Sequence record: DRR723986_5604
Length of the DNA: 53,214 bases
Reading direction: 5' to 3' (one strand)
Positions 9,402 through 18,316 of this stretch are shown one piece after another (within the stretch, counting starts at the first letter, position 1; each line of letters begins with the position of its first letter). The translations under genes were made by a program, and so were the position numbers. The notes beneath the pieces are model-generated. The model was not told the DNA's origin, did not search any database, and saw only the letters and a program-made list of their open reading frames with translations.

Positions 9402-10768
9402 GCAGGCACCTTTCCTGCGTCCGAACGCGAAAGGCGTTCCTGCTGGTAATCGAAAATCCAAGGCCGTTTCCAGTCGCTCAGCAATTCCGCAACCGCCAGT
9501 CCGGATTGGATCCCATCCTCATGGAAACCGTACCCCTGCCACGCCCCGCAATGCCATGTGCCGCGGCGGCCCTGGATGGACCAGATTTCCCGCTGCGCAT
9601 CCATGGCAGGGCCATCGAAGACAGGATGGTTGTAAACGAACTCCCGCTCGACCTTTTCTGCGGCAGGCTCCTGTTCCGGATTTAGCGTGACAAAATAATC
9701 CGTGTCGGTCCCGAGCCGCTGCAAGCTGTTCATCCAGTAAGTCACCGACAGCTCAAGAGAGTCACTTCGTTTGGCGCGATAATTCCAGGCCGCCCACGCG
9801 GCACGCCGCTCAGGCATCAGGCTCTTATCGCGGTGAAGAATTACGCGGTTCGGCTGAGTTCTGAAGCGAGTCAGGATACCCGCCTCCGTTTCGTCGGCGT
9901 CTTCAAGCAGGGCGAAGGCGTCGGGTGCGTGGCAGGCAAAAACAATCTCGTCGAAGTCTTCATGCGCCCCTGTCTCGAACTCAATACGGACGCCGCTCCC
10001 GGTCCGCTTCACAGAGCGAATGCCTGCATTACAGCGAATGCGATCAGCAAACCCTTTTGTCAGTGGCTCGAGATAAGATGCACTGCCGCCTTCGACGGAT
10101 TGCCACGGGAACTGCGGGCGGACGCTGACCAGGCCATGATTGACGAAGAAACGCGCCAGGCTTGCCGCCGGAAAATCCATGATCATTGAAACCGGACAGG
10201 ACCAGATCGCCGCCGCCATGGGCAGAAGGTGATAGTCCACGAAAGCGCGGCCATAGCGTTCCTCGGCCACGTACTCCCCAATCGACCGGCCCCGTTCGCA
10301 TTTCGCCAGTTCGTATGATGCCGCGTGAAATCGCAAAATATCCTTCAGCATCAAATAGAAGCGCGGGCTGGCCATGTTCCGGCGCCAGGCAAACAGCCCC
10401 CCCATGCCATGGCTGGCATATTCCATACGCTCGTCCGGCATGGAGACCGAAAAGTTCATTCGGGTGGGATTGGCCCGCACTCCCAGATGTTCAAACAGCG
10501 CCGTGAGGTTCGGGTAATTTGGTTCGTTAAAAACGATGAACCCCGTATCCACGGGAACTGGCCCCTCTGGTGCATCCACAATCACCGTCGCCGTATGACC
10601 ACCTATCCGGTCCGCCTTCTCGAACACTGTGATGTCACAGGTGTTCTGAAGGGCCCACGAAGCGGAAAGGCCTGAAATGCCTGTTCCAATGATTGCGACT
10701 TTGGGGCGGCGGCCTTCCGATGTGTCCGCAGGATGGCGGCTGACAGGTGCGGCGACATCAAATGGCAT
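9398..10768 (-). CDS. FAD-dependent oxidoreductase of sigmaE/cfa clusters (UfaD-like)
   Basis: GTGISG, RIGGHT, VDTGFIVFNEPNYPN, WAAWNY, GFHEDG. Confidence 0.9.
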   Translation of the reverse strand: MPFDVAAPVSRHPADTSEGRRPKVAIIGTGISGLSASWALQNTCDITVFEKADRIGGHTATVIVDAPEGPVPVDTGFIVFNEPNYPNLTALFEHLGVRANPTRMNFSVSMPDERMEYASHGMGGLFAWRRNMASPRFYLMLKDILRFHAASYELAKCERGRSIGEYVAEERYGRAFVDYHLLPMAAAIWSCPVSMIMDFPAASLARFFVNHGLVSVRPQFPWQSVEGGSASYLEPLTKGFADRIRCNAGIRSVKRTGSGVRIEFETGAHEDFDEIVFACHAPDAFALLEDADETEAGILTRFRTQPNRVILHRDKSLMPERRAAWAAWNYRAKRSDSLELSVTYWMNSLQRLGTDTDYFVTLNPEQEPAAEKVEREFVYNHPVFDGPAMDAQREIWSIQGRRGTWHCGAWQGYGFHEDGIQSGLAVAELLSDWKRPWIFDYQQERLSRSDAGKVPA

Positions 10769-10795
10769 GGGCGTTCTCCGATTTGCTCCAAGAGA

Positions 10796-10821
10796 TACGC
10801 AGCAGCCCGCCTGCCGGATTG
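10796..10821 (-). promoter_or_regulatory. sigmaE (ChrR-type) promoter for the ufaD/ufaO-like operon
   Basis: Minus strand CAATCC-N14-TGCGTA, mirroring the plus-strand promoter. Confidence 0.65.
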
Positions 10822-10823
10822 AA

Positions 10824-10849
10824 TGATCCAGTCAGCCAGCATTTGCGTA
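10824..10849 (+). promoter_or_regulatory. sigmaE autoregulatory promoter
   Basis: TGATCC-N14-TGCGTA, matching the RpoE-ChrR promoter consensus. Confidence 0.75.
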
Positions 10850-10870
10850 AAAGCACCAAAGGAGTCGATA

Positions 10871-11518
10871 ATGCGATCTGTGAAGTCCGCTCATTCAGGA
10901 GCCATTGATGGCATCAAGTCGAAAAGCCCGGCCAAAGTGAGCGCCCTTCCTGGCCGCTCCGCTGTGGATAGCGAGTTGATGTTACGCGTGGTCACCTCTG
11001 CTGACCGCGAGGCATTCAACACGCTCGCCGTTCACTACGCCCCTCGCTTGAAGGCCTGGCTGATGCACCGCGGCGAAGGCGATTCGACGTCCGAAGATAT
11101 CGTGCAGGATGTCCTGACAGCGGTCTGGCAGAAGGCGGCAAGTTACGACAGTTCGAAGGCCAGTTTTTCAACATGGGTCTACCGGATGACGCGTAATCGC
11201 TGGATCGACCATAAACGGAAGCACGACCGGCTACAGCCGACTGCGCCGGAAGATATGATCGAGTTGGCTGACGCGCCTCAAGATTCGCCACACGCCGGGC
11301 TCGAAGAAGCAGAGGCTGCGCAAGCCGTGAGAGATGCGCTTGCGACCCTGCCGCCAGAACAAAAGCAAATGCTGTACCTCGCCTTTTTTGAGGGCCTCTC
11401 CCACAGCGCCATCGCAGAACGTACCGGCATAGCCATCGGAACCGTGAAAAGCCGGATCCGGGCGCCCTTGAAGAAACTGAGAACGACACTTGAAGCCTAT
11501 CGAAAGGATGAACCATGA
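10871..11518 (+). CDS. rpoE: ECF sigma factor RpoE (singlet-oxygen type)
   Basis: EDIVQD, VWQKAASYD, STWVYRMTRNRWID, GTVKSRIR; coupled to chrR. Confidence 0.9.
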   Translation: MRSVKSAHSGAIDGIKSKSPAKVSALPGRSAVDSELMLRVVTSADREAFNTLAVHYAPRLKAWLMHRGEGDSTSEDIVQDVLTAVWQKAASYDSSKASFSTWVYRMTRNRWIDHKRKHDRLQPTAPEDMIELADAPQDSPHAGLEEAEAAQAVRDALATLPPEQKQMLYLAFFEGLSHSAIAERTGIAIGTVKSRIRAPLKKLRTTLEAYRKDEP

Positions 11519-12201
11519 GCTCGGCGCACTCCCTGCCGGTCACGGTTGATGACGACTGGCTGGCCATGCAGTCAGCGGGATCGCTCTCGCCGTTCAAACA
11601 ACTCCTGCTAACCTGTCAGGCAGATATCAATCCGCATGTTCGGGAAGCCTTTATAACGGATGACCATGTGGCTGGCGTGCTTTTGGAAAGCGCGAAGCCT
11701 GCAGTGATGTCTGATGATTTTCTTTCCCGCCTGAATGCTCGTCTGGATACAAAAGTGGCAGGCAAAGCCGCTGTTGATGCAGCTTCGGCCGGCGCACGCG
11801 GAAAAGACAATCAGCCGGATTGGATGCCGTCACCGCTTGCTGATTACATACGGCGATCCGGCCGCCGACTCAAATGGCGGAGCGCGGGCCTGGGCGTTCA
11901 GCAGGCACGGCTCGGCCGGAATGAGCGGGGCGAACGGCTTTATCTGTTGCGCGCAAGGCCAGGACTTCCACTGCCGCGTCACTCCCACAGCGGACAGGAA
12001 TGGACGCTGGTTCTCGCAGGCGGATACAAGTCTGGCGCGCGGCAATTCGGTCCCGGTGACCTTCACCAGGAAGATGAAGGCTGCATGCATGACCTGCGGA
12101 TTGATGATGACGGGCCGTGCATTTCCCTCATTGTCGACGAAGGAAAGCTGAGGTTTGCGAACCCTCTGTTGCGTCTGTTCCAACCCGTACTTGGAATCTG
12201 A
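11515..12201 (+). CDS. chrR: Anti-sigma factor ChrR with cupin domain
   Basis: Cupin PRHSHSGQEWTLVLAG..GPGD..H..CI; ATGA overlap with rpoE. Confidence 0.88.
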   Translation: MSSAHSLPVTVDDDWLAMQSAGSLSPFKQLLLTCQADINPHVREAFITDDHVAGVLLESAKPAVMSDDFLSRLNARLDTKVAGKAAVDAASAGARGKDNQPDWMPSPLADYIRRSGRRLKWRSAGLGVQQARLGRNERGERLYLLRARPGLPLPRHSHSGQEWTLVLAGGYKSGARQFGPGDLHQEDEGCMHDLRIDDDGPCISLIVDEGKLRFANPLLRLFQPVLGI

Positions 12202-12256
12202 TTCGACAATTCCACCGGCATTGTGGGCTTATCGTATTCCTTTCAAATTGAGCCGA

Positions 12257-13408
12257 TCAAGTGACCTGGTTTGCGTTCCACACCCGCTGGAAATTCCCGC
12301 CAAGGAACGCAGCCAGTTCCAACTCACTCATGCCTTTTCGGCTGAGCAGTGCTACCAGGTCCGGCAGGCGCCTGTAGTCGTCGAAAACAGGCTTGTAGTT
12401 CGCATCCATGTCGGACCCGAGGCAGACATGCTCGATCCCGACCATGTCCACTAGCTGGAAAATCCGGTCGGCGAAGCCGGCAAGATCCCCGATTTCGATC
12501 CCTGTAGGCCAAGCCCCGATGATACCCCCTGCATCAGCGGCCGCTTTTGCCAGTTCAAGCGAAATGAAGCGCGGATGATAGGAGTAAGCTGAACTGATAT
12601 GCGTATGCGTGAACATGACCGGCCGGGTACTGAGTTCCAGAGCCCGAAACGCCCCGGCTTCGGCCATGTGTGACAGGTCGACCACCATTCCCAGCTGATT
12701 CATCTCCCGAACGATCGCATCGCCTTCAGAGGTCAGGCCATCATGGACCGGTTCATTGGTCATGGCGTCAGCAAGCCCGTTCGTCCGGTAATGAACCAGT
12801 GTGATGGATCTGACGCCGTCCTGGTACGCCTCGCGCACGCGCTCCGTTGAGCCCTCCAGAAAGTCTCCGCCCTCCACCGTCCAGATCGCACCGGGCCGGC
12901 CGGAGGCCCGCGCTGAATCCAGCGCATCTGGTTCCAGCATTTCCGAGACGAGTCCCTGCTCCGCAAGCCTCTTGAGATTACCGATCTGGATCTTGTAGCT
13001 CTGCCAGGCCTCTCCCTCCTCGAAGGGACGCCGGGCTTCGAGACCCTTGCCTTTCGCAAGATTCAGAACATTGAAGTCCGACACTGCGGCAAAGCAGGCC
13101 GCCGTTAGGTGGCCTTCGCGCATATCGCTGATTGTCCGGCGTTCGAAGCCGGACTGAGCCTTGTAAACCTTCAGAAGTGGTGCGAGGCCCGAGGCTCCGC
13201 GGGCAAATGTCCGTCCGGGGTGGGCATGACTGTCGATCGCCGGATACTTGTCCAGCAGCGCGACTGCGTTTGCTCGCTCTTCCTCGGATACCTCAAAACC
13301 AAGAGGCGCCGGCGCAGGCCGCTTGTTCAGCCAGTAAGCGCCATACGCTAAACCTGCGCCAGCGACCAGTCCGCCGCCGATCAGGGCGCGCCGCGTCAGT
13401 TTTCCCAT
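12257..13408 (-). CDS. Membrane/renal-type dipeptidase (peptidase M19), Tat signal
   Basis: LTRRALIGG signal; IDSHAH, VEGG, MNQLGMVVDLSH, HPRFI, GSDMD. Confidence 0.85.
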   Translation of the reverse strand: MGKLTRRALIGGGLVAGAGLAYGAYWLNKRPAPAPLGFEVSEEERANAVALLDKYPAIDSHAHPGRTFARGASGLAPLLKVYKAQSGFERRTISDMREGHLTAACFAAVSDFNVLNLAKGKGLEARRPFEEGEAWQSYKIQIGNLKRLAEQGLVSEMLEPDALDSARASGRPGAIWTVEGGDFLEGSTERVREAYQDGVRSITLVHYRTNGLADAMTNEPVHDGLTSEGDAIVREMNQLGMVVDLSHMAEAGAFRALELSTRPVMFTHTHISSAYSYHPRFISLELAKAAADAGGIIGAWPTGIEIGDLAGFADRIFQLVDMVGIEHVCLGSDMDANYKPVFDDYRRLPDLVALLSRKGMSELELAAFLGGNFQRVWNANQVT

Positions 13409-13515
13409 CTGCTCTTCCCTCCTCCCGGGTATTGCGATCCTACGACACCGCGGATATCCGACAAGATCTGTGAGCAGGCGTCCGCCAGGCTGGAAAGCTG
13501 AGACTGGTGCCCAGG

Positions 13516-13548
13516 AAAAAGGGCGAAGCGATCTGAACCGCCTCGCCC
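13516..13548 (-). terminator. Intrinsic terminator after the aminotransferase
   Basis: gggcgaggcggt-tcag-atcgcttcgccc followed by TTTTT on the minus strand. Confidence 0.75.
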
Positions 13549-13614
13549 GTATCTGTTTGATAGCTGATTGAGATGAGCGATGAAGGCGCCCCAAATCAGG
13601 ACGCCATTCTCTAA

Positions 13615-14784
13615 TCATGCACCGACGATGGCTGGGAGCGCTTTGCAGAAGCGTTCCACGTCTTCGATCTTGCCGGTCGAAACACGGGTCCAGTCGACAT
13701 AGTCCATGTATTGACCGCGGACAGAGATCTTCTGCTCAGCGAAAGCTTTCTGGACGTCGTTGGCTGCCTTGCCGGACTTGAAGAACACGAAGTTCGTCTG
13801 CGACGGCAAGTATTCGAGGCCGAGCGTGTCGAGCGTGGTCGTGATCATCTCACGCGCTTCTTTCACCTTCGCCTTGGAATAAGTCAGGAATTCCTCGTCA
13901 TTGTAGCAACCGATGGCCGCTGCGTACGACGTGCACGGCGACCAGGACATCGCCGTGGCCTGGATCTTCTGGGCAACTTCCGGCGAAGAGATCGTGTAGC
14001 CCATACGGATACCGGCCATGCCGTAGATCTTCGAGAAGGTCCGAGACACGATCACATTCGGATTGTCCTTGATCAGGCCGATGCAGGTGTTGCCTTCCGG
14101 ATCGTCGGCCAGTTCCATATAGGCTTCATCGACCAGAACCATCGTCTTGGAAGCCATGCGGGTTACGGCGGCTTTCAGCGTCGCGGCGTCTGCCACCAGG
14201 CCAGTCGGGTTGTTCGGATTGCATAGCTGGACGAGACCGGTTTCGGTCGTGACCTTCGCCTCAATACCTTCGAGGTCGGTCGTCATGTCCGCTTTCAGCG
14301 GCACACGGTCAATGGTCGCCATGCCAAGACGGGCGGCATAGAGGGCCGTCGTATCCCAGAACAGACGCGGCGCAACGATCGGGCCATTCGGACCATAGAT
14401 CATGGCTATTGCCGACAGCGCTTCGCCCGAGCCGGTGGTCAGCGCAATCTGCTCCGGCGCGACGCCGTTCTTTTCGGCGATCATCGTCGCCAGCTGTTTC
14501 ACTGCATCCTGCGAAGCGTAATAGGCGCCCTTCGAACCGGCATATTCGATCATTTTCAGCGCGGATGGAGACGGGCCGTAAGGGTTCTCGTTGCGCGAAA
14601 GAAGCGCCACGCCTTCCGGCGGACCGAGAAGGTAGGGGTTTTCAACAGCGACCTTCTGAGGCGGGAAGGCTGCCTCTGTGGTTTCCGCGATCGCCGATGC
14701 GCCCGACGCGCAGGCTGTTGCGCCTGCTACACCGAGGCCGGTCGCGCCAGCCAGAAGAAAACGTCTGGAAATATCGTAAGCCAT
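13615..14784 (-). CDS. PLP-dependent class I/II (HisC-like) aminotransferase with Tat signal
   Basis: SRRFLLAG signal; NENPYG, CNPNNPTG, VDEAY, RTFSKIYGMAGIR. Confidence 0.9.
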   Translation of the reverse strand: MAYDISRRFLLAGATGLGVAGATACASGASAIAETTEAAFPPQKVAVENPYLLGPPEGVALLSRNENPYGPSPSALKMIEYAGSKGAYYASQDAVKQLATMIAEKNGVAPEQIALTTGSGEALSAIAMIYGPNGPIVAPRLFWDTTALYAARLGMATIDRVPLKADMTTDLEGIEAKVTTETGLVQLCNPNNPTGLVADAATLKAAVTRMASKTMVLVDEAYMELADDPEGNTCIGLIKDNPNVIVSRTFSKIYGMAGIRMGYTISSPEVAQKIQATAMSWSPCTSYAAAIGCYNDEEFLTYSKAKVKEAREMITTTLDTLGLEYLPSQTNFVFFKSGKAANDVQKAFAEQKISVRGQYMDYVDWTRVSTGKIEDVERFCKALPAIVGA

Positions 14785-14859
14785 ATTCTGAATTACCTGT
14801 AGCCTTTGGGTTGAAAAGAAACTGAATCCTCGAGGTCCGCTTGATTGCGAATGGCAGCA

Positions 14860-15192
14860 TCATCCTGTCCGACGATTGTACAGGACTATGCCGGATGTTG
14901 CGACCGAAGGGGTAGCAATTGCCGTTGTGGCGCTTGCGACGTTGAATTGATGGGCAGCTTTGGTGCTCAAGAGGGCAGTCAGGAAAGAAATTGTCACGCT
15001 TGCCGCCGCGGCAATTGCATAGATCTCGAGCGAATACTCGAGAAGGAGATTCGCTGGCGCAATGTGCGAAATCACGAAGACTATGGCGCCGCACAAAGCA
15101 AGAGGAACCAAAACACTCCGAAAGGTTGATCCCTCGAAGACAAGAAGCGGTTCGCGGACGGCGGATGCGTGCCGCAATTTATTGCCAGACAT
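14860..15192 (-). CDS. Possible small membrane protein (hypothetical)
   Basis: ORF fills the TBDR-aminotransferase gap and has two hydrophobic stretches; no recognised motif. Confidence 0.3.
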   Translation of the reverse strand: MSGNKLRHASAVREPLLVFEGSTFRSVLVPLALCGAIVFVISHIAPANLLLEYSLEIYAIAAAASVTISFLTALLSTKAAHQFNVASATTAIATPSVATSGIVLYNRRTG

Positions 15193-15248
15193 TCTGATCT
15201 GCGTTGCCTGATCGAGGCTTTTCAAAGCGCCCCTTCCCGAAGATGCAA

Positions 15249-15308
15249 GGAGGGGTAGCGATACCCCTCCCCGCTAAAATGTCGCCCGCCCCGCTTACTA
15301 GGCGGGCG
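15249..15308 (-). terminator. Two tandem GC-rich hairpins just downstream of the TBDR
   Basis: ggaggggta-gcga-tacccctcc (15249-15270) and cgcccgcc..ggcgggcg (15283-15308); weak U-tract. Confidence 0.55.
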
Positions 15309-15322
15309 GATTTCATGCCGAC

Positions 15323-17950
15323 TTAGAAATTGGCCTGCAGTTTGACGTAGTAGTAGCCACCCTGCCAGTCGATGATGTCACCGGAGCGATAGATCCGGCC
15401 ACAGCAGCTGTCGCCGAGTTCCGCTTCATCCGGATACTGGTCGAAGGCATTACGTGCACCGAGCGAGATCTTCACAGCTTCAGAAGCCTGGAATGATCCC
15501 TCAAGGTCCACCTGAACCTTCGCACCATAATCCTGATAGCGCAGTGGAGCGTTCGAGCCGTCAGAGTTCGTCGACTCACCGTAGTAATTAGCGCGTGCCA
15601 GGAAGCTATACGGGCCAACGTCATGCGTCACAGAGAAGACGCCGCGCCATTTCGGATCGTAGTTCACGAAGTCATACTGGTCTTCATCGTTAAACAGGCT
15701 ACCAACATCACTGTCGAACTCGGTCTTGTTGTAGTTCACAGATGCGGTGAACTTGGTCGAAGACCCGTTTGCCCAATCCTTGGAGTAGGTCCCGACCACG
15801 TCGACACCCTTTGTGCTCGTGTCGAAGGCGTTGGTGAAGTAGAATACGCCACCGATCGATTCAGCACCGACAACTCCAGCGCCGACAAGGGCGAGATAGT
15901 TGTCATATGCGGTTCCGGACGTCGGATCCGTTGACACATCCTGCGTCGAGATCGCGTTCACACGATCTTCCAGGTCGATCTGGTAGAAGTCGACCGTCAG
16001 CGAGAAGGCATCATAGGAAGACGTGAAGCCCAGCGTGTAGTTGGTGGACTTCTCTGGCTTGAGCGGTTCGGCCCCCAGTGCGCCGGCGATCGGACCGCCT
16101 GCCGGGAACAGACCGGTTGCAACCGGGAAGCCGTTCGGAAGGCGGGTCGACACGTTGGTTGTACCTTGCTGACCCGGTGTCGGAGCGCGGAAGCCCGTAC
16201 CGACTGACCCGCGTACCGCGAAGTTCGGAGTGAATTCGTAGCGGCCGGCCAGTTTCCAGACCAGTTCGGAGTCGAAGTCCGAATAGTCTTCAAAGCGCAG
16301 AGCACCTTGCAGGAACAGGGAGTCAGTTACGTCAGCACTCAGATCACCATAGATAGCATAGGAGTCGCGAGTATACTCACCGGAGAACTCCGGTGAGTAG
16401 CCCGGGAAGCCGTTCGAACCCACGCCGAGCGCCGTGTAGACCGGATCAGAGGAGTCAGCACAATCCAGTGTGGAGCCGTTCGAGATGACGGCTGCACCTG
16501 CAGCAGTCGGCGCGCCTGCATCACAGAAGCCGTACGGATCCGGAAGCGAGTAAGGTCCATCGATGTAGGACTCGTAGTTCCCACCAACGAGTTCGTAGGA
16601 TTCATCCAGGTAGCTGGCACCGAAAGCGAAGAGCAGCGGGCTGGCCAGACCGGTTTCGAACTCCTTCGAGAAGTCGGCCTGCAGTTGCATTTCTTCGTTG
16701 ATCAGGTCACCTGGATGGAAGCTCGTCGGAGACATTTCGCCCAGCGACGGGTTGACCGTATTCTTCAGCGTGTACTTGATCTCGTTGTGACCGATACGGC
16801 CGCTGAAATCATAGGCGATCCCGTTATCCCATTCGCCACGCACACCACCGACACCGGAATAGTCGATGACGTTGCCGAAGAAGCGCGGGGTAAAGCCGCC
16901 AGGGAACAGGAACAGCGAAGACCAAAGCGAACCATCCTCAAGGCGGATGTTTTCGATCGTGCCGTTACCTGGATAACGATAGAAGAAGCTGCCGTCCGCT
17001 TCGGAGTTCGAATAATTGCCGAACCCGTACAACTCGAATGCACCAAAGTCATAGCCAGCATTCACAAAGGTACGGAACGCTTTGGCGTTTGGCTGACCCC
17101 AGGGCTGAACCACTCCGGAACCGGAATAGTCGGCACTGTCGAGGCCGGCGATGAAGGAGTCCAGATCGAACCCGGCGATGGAAGTATCACCTGGAGCAAA
17201 ATCCGGGCTGTTCACGTCCACACAGACCCAGCTTTCACAATACTGTTCGCCGCGAACGGTCATATCCGCTTTTGAGTATTCGGCCGAAACATTGACGAAG
17301 CCGTTGTCGCCAAGCGCAAGACCGAAGTTGCCAGCGAGGGTCGTGTTGAATCCGTCCCCCTCATAGTACTGACCGAAATCAGCACTGATGGAACCACCTT
17401 CCGGCGAGTCCTTCAGGATGAAGTTGATAACGCCGGCAATGGCGTCTGAACCGTACTGTGCTGCAGCGCCATCACGCAGAACTTCAACACTCTTAAGTGC
17501 GATAGCCGGGATGGTTGCGATATCCGGCCCCTGTGTGCCAGAACCGCCAATTTGAACCAGAGCGGCGCGGTGACGGCGCTTGGAGTTGACCAGAACAAGC
17601 GTCTTGTCGGTCGGCATACCACGCAGCGTGGCCGGGCGGATGAACGTGCCGCCATCCGAAATCGGCTGACGCGCCAGCGAGTAAGACGGAACCAGCGTCT
17701 TGATAATATCGTTCGCGTCCGTGAACGGCACGTCGGTAATTTCGTCCGAGCTAAGAACATCAACCGGAACCGGAGAGTCCATCACGGACCGCGCTTTGCC
17801 CCGCAAGCCGGTGATGATGACTTTTTCCTGGACGGAAGTTTCGTCTGCTGCCGGTTCATCGTCAGGCTCTGCATAAGCCACCCCCCCGGTGACCACCATT
17901 CCAACGACCGCGGACGATACGGCACATTTCAAGAAAGAACTAAATCGCAC
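15323..17950 (-). CDS. TonB-dependent receptor
   Basis: Signal peptide, VIITG, DSPVPVDV, VEVLRDGAAAQYGSDAIAGVIN, LKPEKS, C-terminal F; GTG start after AGGGA. Confidence 0.95.
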   Translation of the reverse strand: MRFSSFLKCAVSSAVVGMVVTGGVAYAEPDDEPAADETSVQEKVIITGLRGKARSVMDSPVPVDVLSSDEITDVPFTDANDIIKTLVPSYSLARQPISDGGTFIRPATLRGMPTDKTLVLVNSKRRHRAALVQIGGSGTQGPDIATIPAIALKSVEVLRDGAAAQYGSDAIAGVINFILKDSPEGGSISADFGQYYEGDGFNTTLAGNFGLALGDNGFVNVSAEYSKADMTVRGEQYCESWVCVDVNSPDFAPGDTSIAGFDLDSFIAGLDSADYSGSGVVQPWGQPNAKAFRTFVNAGYDFGAFELYGFGNYSNSEADGSFFYRYPGNGTIENIRLEDGSLWSSLFLFPGGFTPRFFGNVIDYSGVGGVRGEWDNGIAYDFSGRIGHNEIKYTLKNTVNPSLGEMSPTSFHPGDLINEEMQLQADFSKEFETGLASPLLFAFGASYLDESYELVGGNYESYIDGPYSLPDPYGFCDAGAPTAAGAAVISNGSTLDCADSSDPVYTALGVGSNGFPGYSPEFSGEYTRDSYAIYGDLSADVTDSLFLQGALRFEDYSDFDSELVWKLAGRYEFTPNFAVRGSVGTGFRAPTPGQQGTTNVSTRLPNGFPVATGLFPAGGPIAGALGAEPLKPEKSTNYTLGFTSSYDAFSLTVDFYQIDLEDRVNAISTQDVSTDPTSGTAYDNYLALVGAGVVGAESIGGVFYFTNAFDTSTKGVDVVGTYSKDWANGSSTKFTASVNYNKTEFDSDVGSLFNDEDQYDFVNYDPKWRGVFSVTHDVGPYSFLARANYYGESTNSDGSNAPLRYQDYGAKVQVDLEGSFQASEAVKISLGARNAFDQYPDEAELGDSCCGRIYRSGDIIDWQGGYYYVKLQANF

Positions 17951-18082
17951 TTTGTATTCCCTTTCCGCAGCGGAACCGTCACTCTCATATTGAGGTTCCG
18001 TCTGCCCCCTGTTGTCGAGCACACACCAGCTTCCCCCATTGGGCAGAACGCCCAAGGCACTGATATCCTGAGGTGTTGAATC

Positions 18083-18153
18083 GGCCCGCCGTTGAGCCAT
18101 ATACGTCAGCAGACTGCTCAAAATGCCTCCATTGGCATTCAGTTCCTGCTGAC
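18083..18153 (-). ncRNA. Putative ANTAR-target dual hexaloop leader RNA
   Basis: aaugcc-AAUGGA-ggcauu (18122-18139, on an extended gucagcag/cugcugac stem), a 6-nt linker, then ggcuc-AACGGC-gggcc (18083-18098); both loops have A1/G4; adjacent to an ANTAR gene. Confidence 0.65.
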
Positions 18154-18316
18154 TTGCCTATCAAGCTGTCCTGTGCCCCTGCGAATGCCAATTCGAAACG
18201 TGTCGCCAACGATGTTGAATCGTTAACTCGTCTCGCTTTTGTGCACTGCACACCAAACAACGCCCAAAGTCTCAGCACTCAGAATGCAGAAATCAGGCTC
18301 CAGAAGATCAGAGGTT

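Noticed and set aside
2961-14784. Pyoverdine-maturation-like set (PvdO-like FGE, PvdM-like M19, PtaA-like transaminase, TBDR)
   Set aside because: The FGE has catalytic cysteines and sits with sulfatases; there is no NRPS or pvdP; the genes belong to separate modules
17951-18200. Glycine riboswitch in the TBDR leader (CCUCAGG resembles CUCUCAGG)
   Set aside because: No GGAGA or CCGAAG elements; the ANTAR hairpins explain the region better
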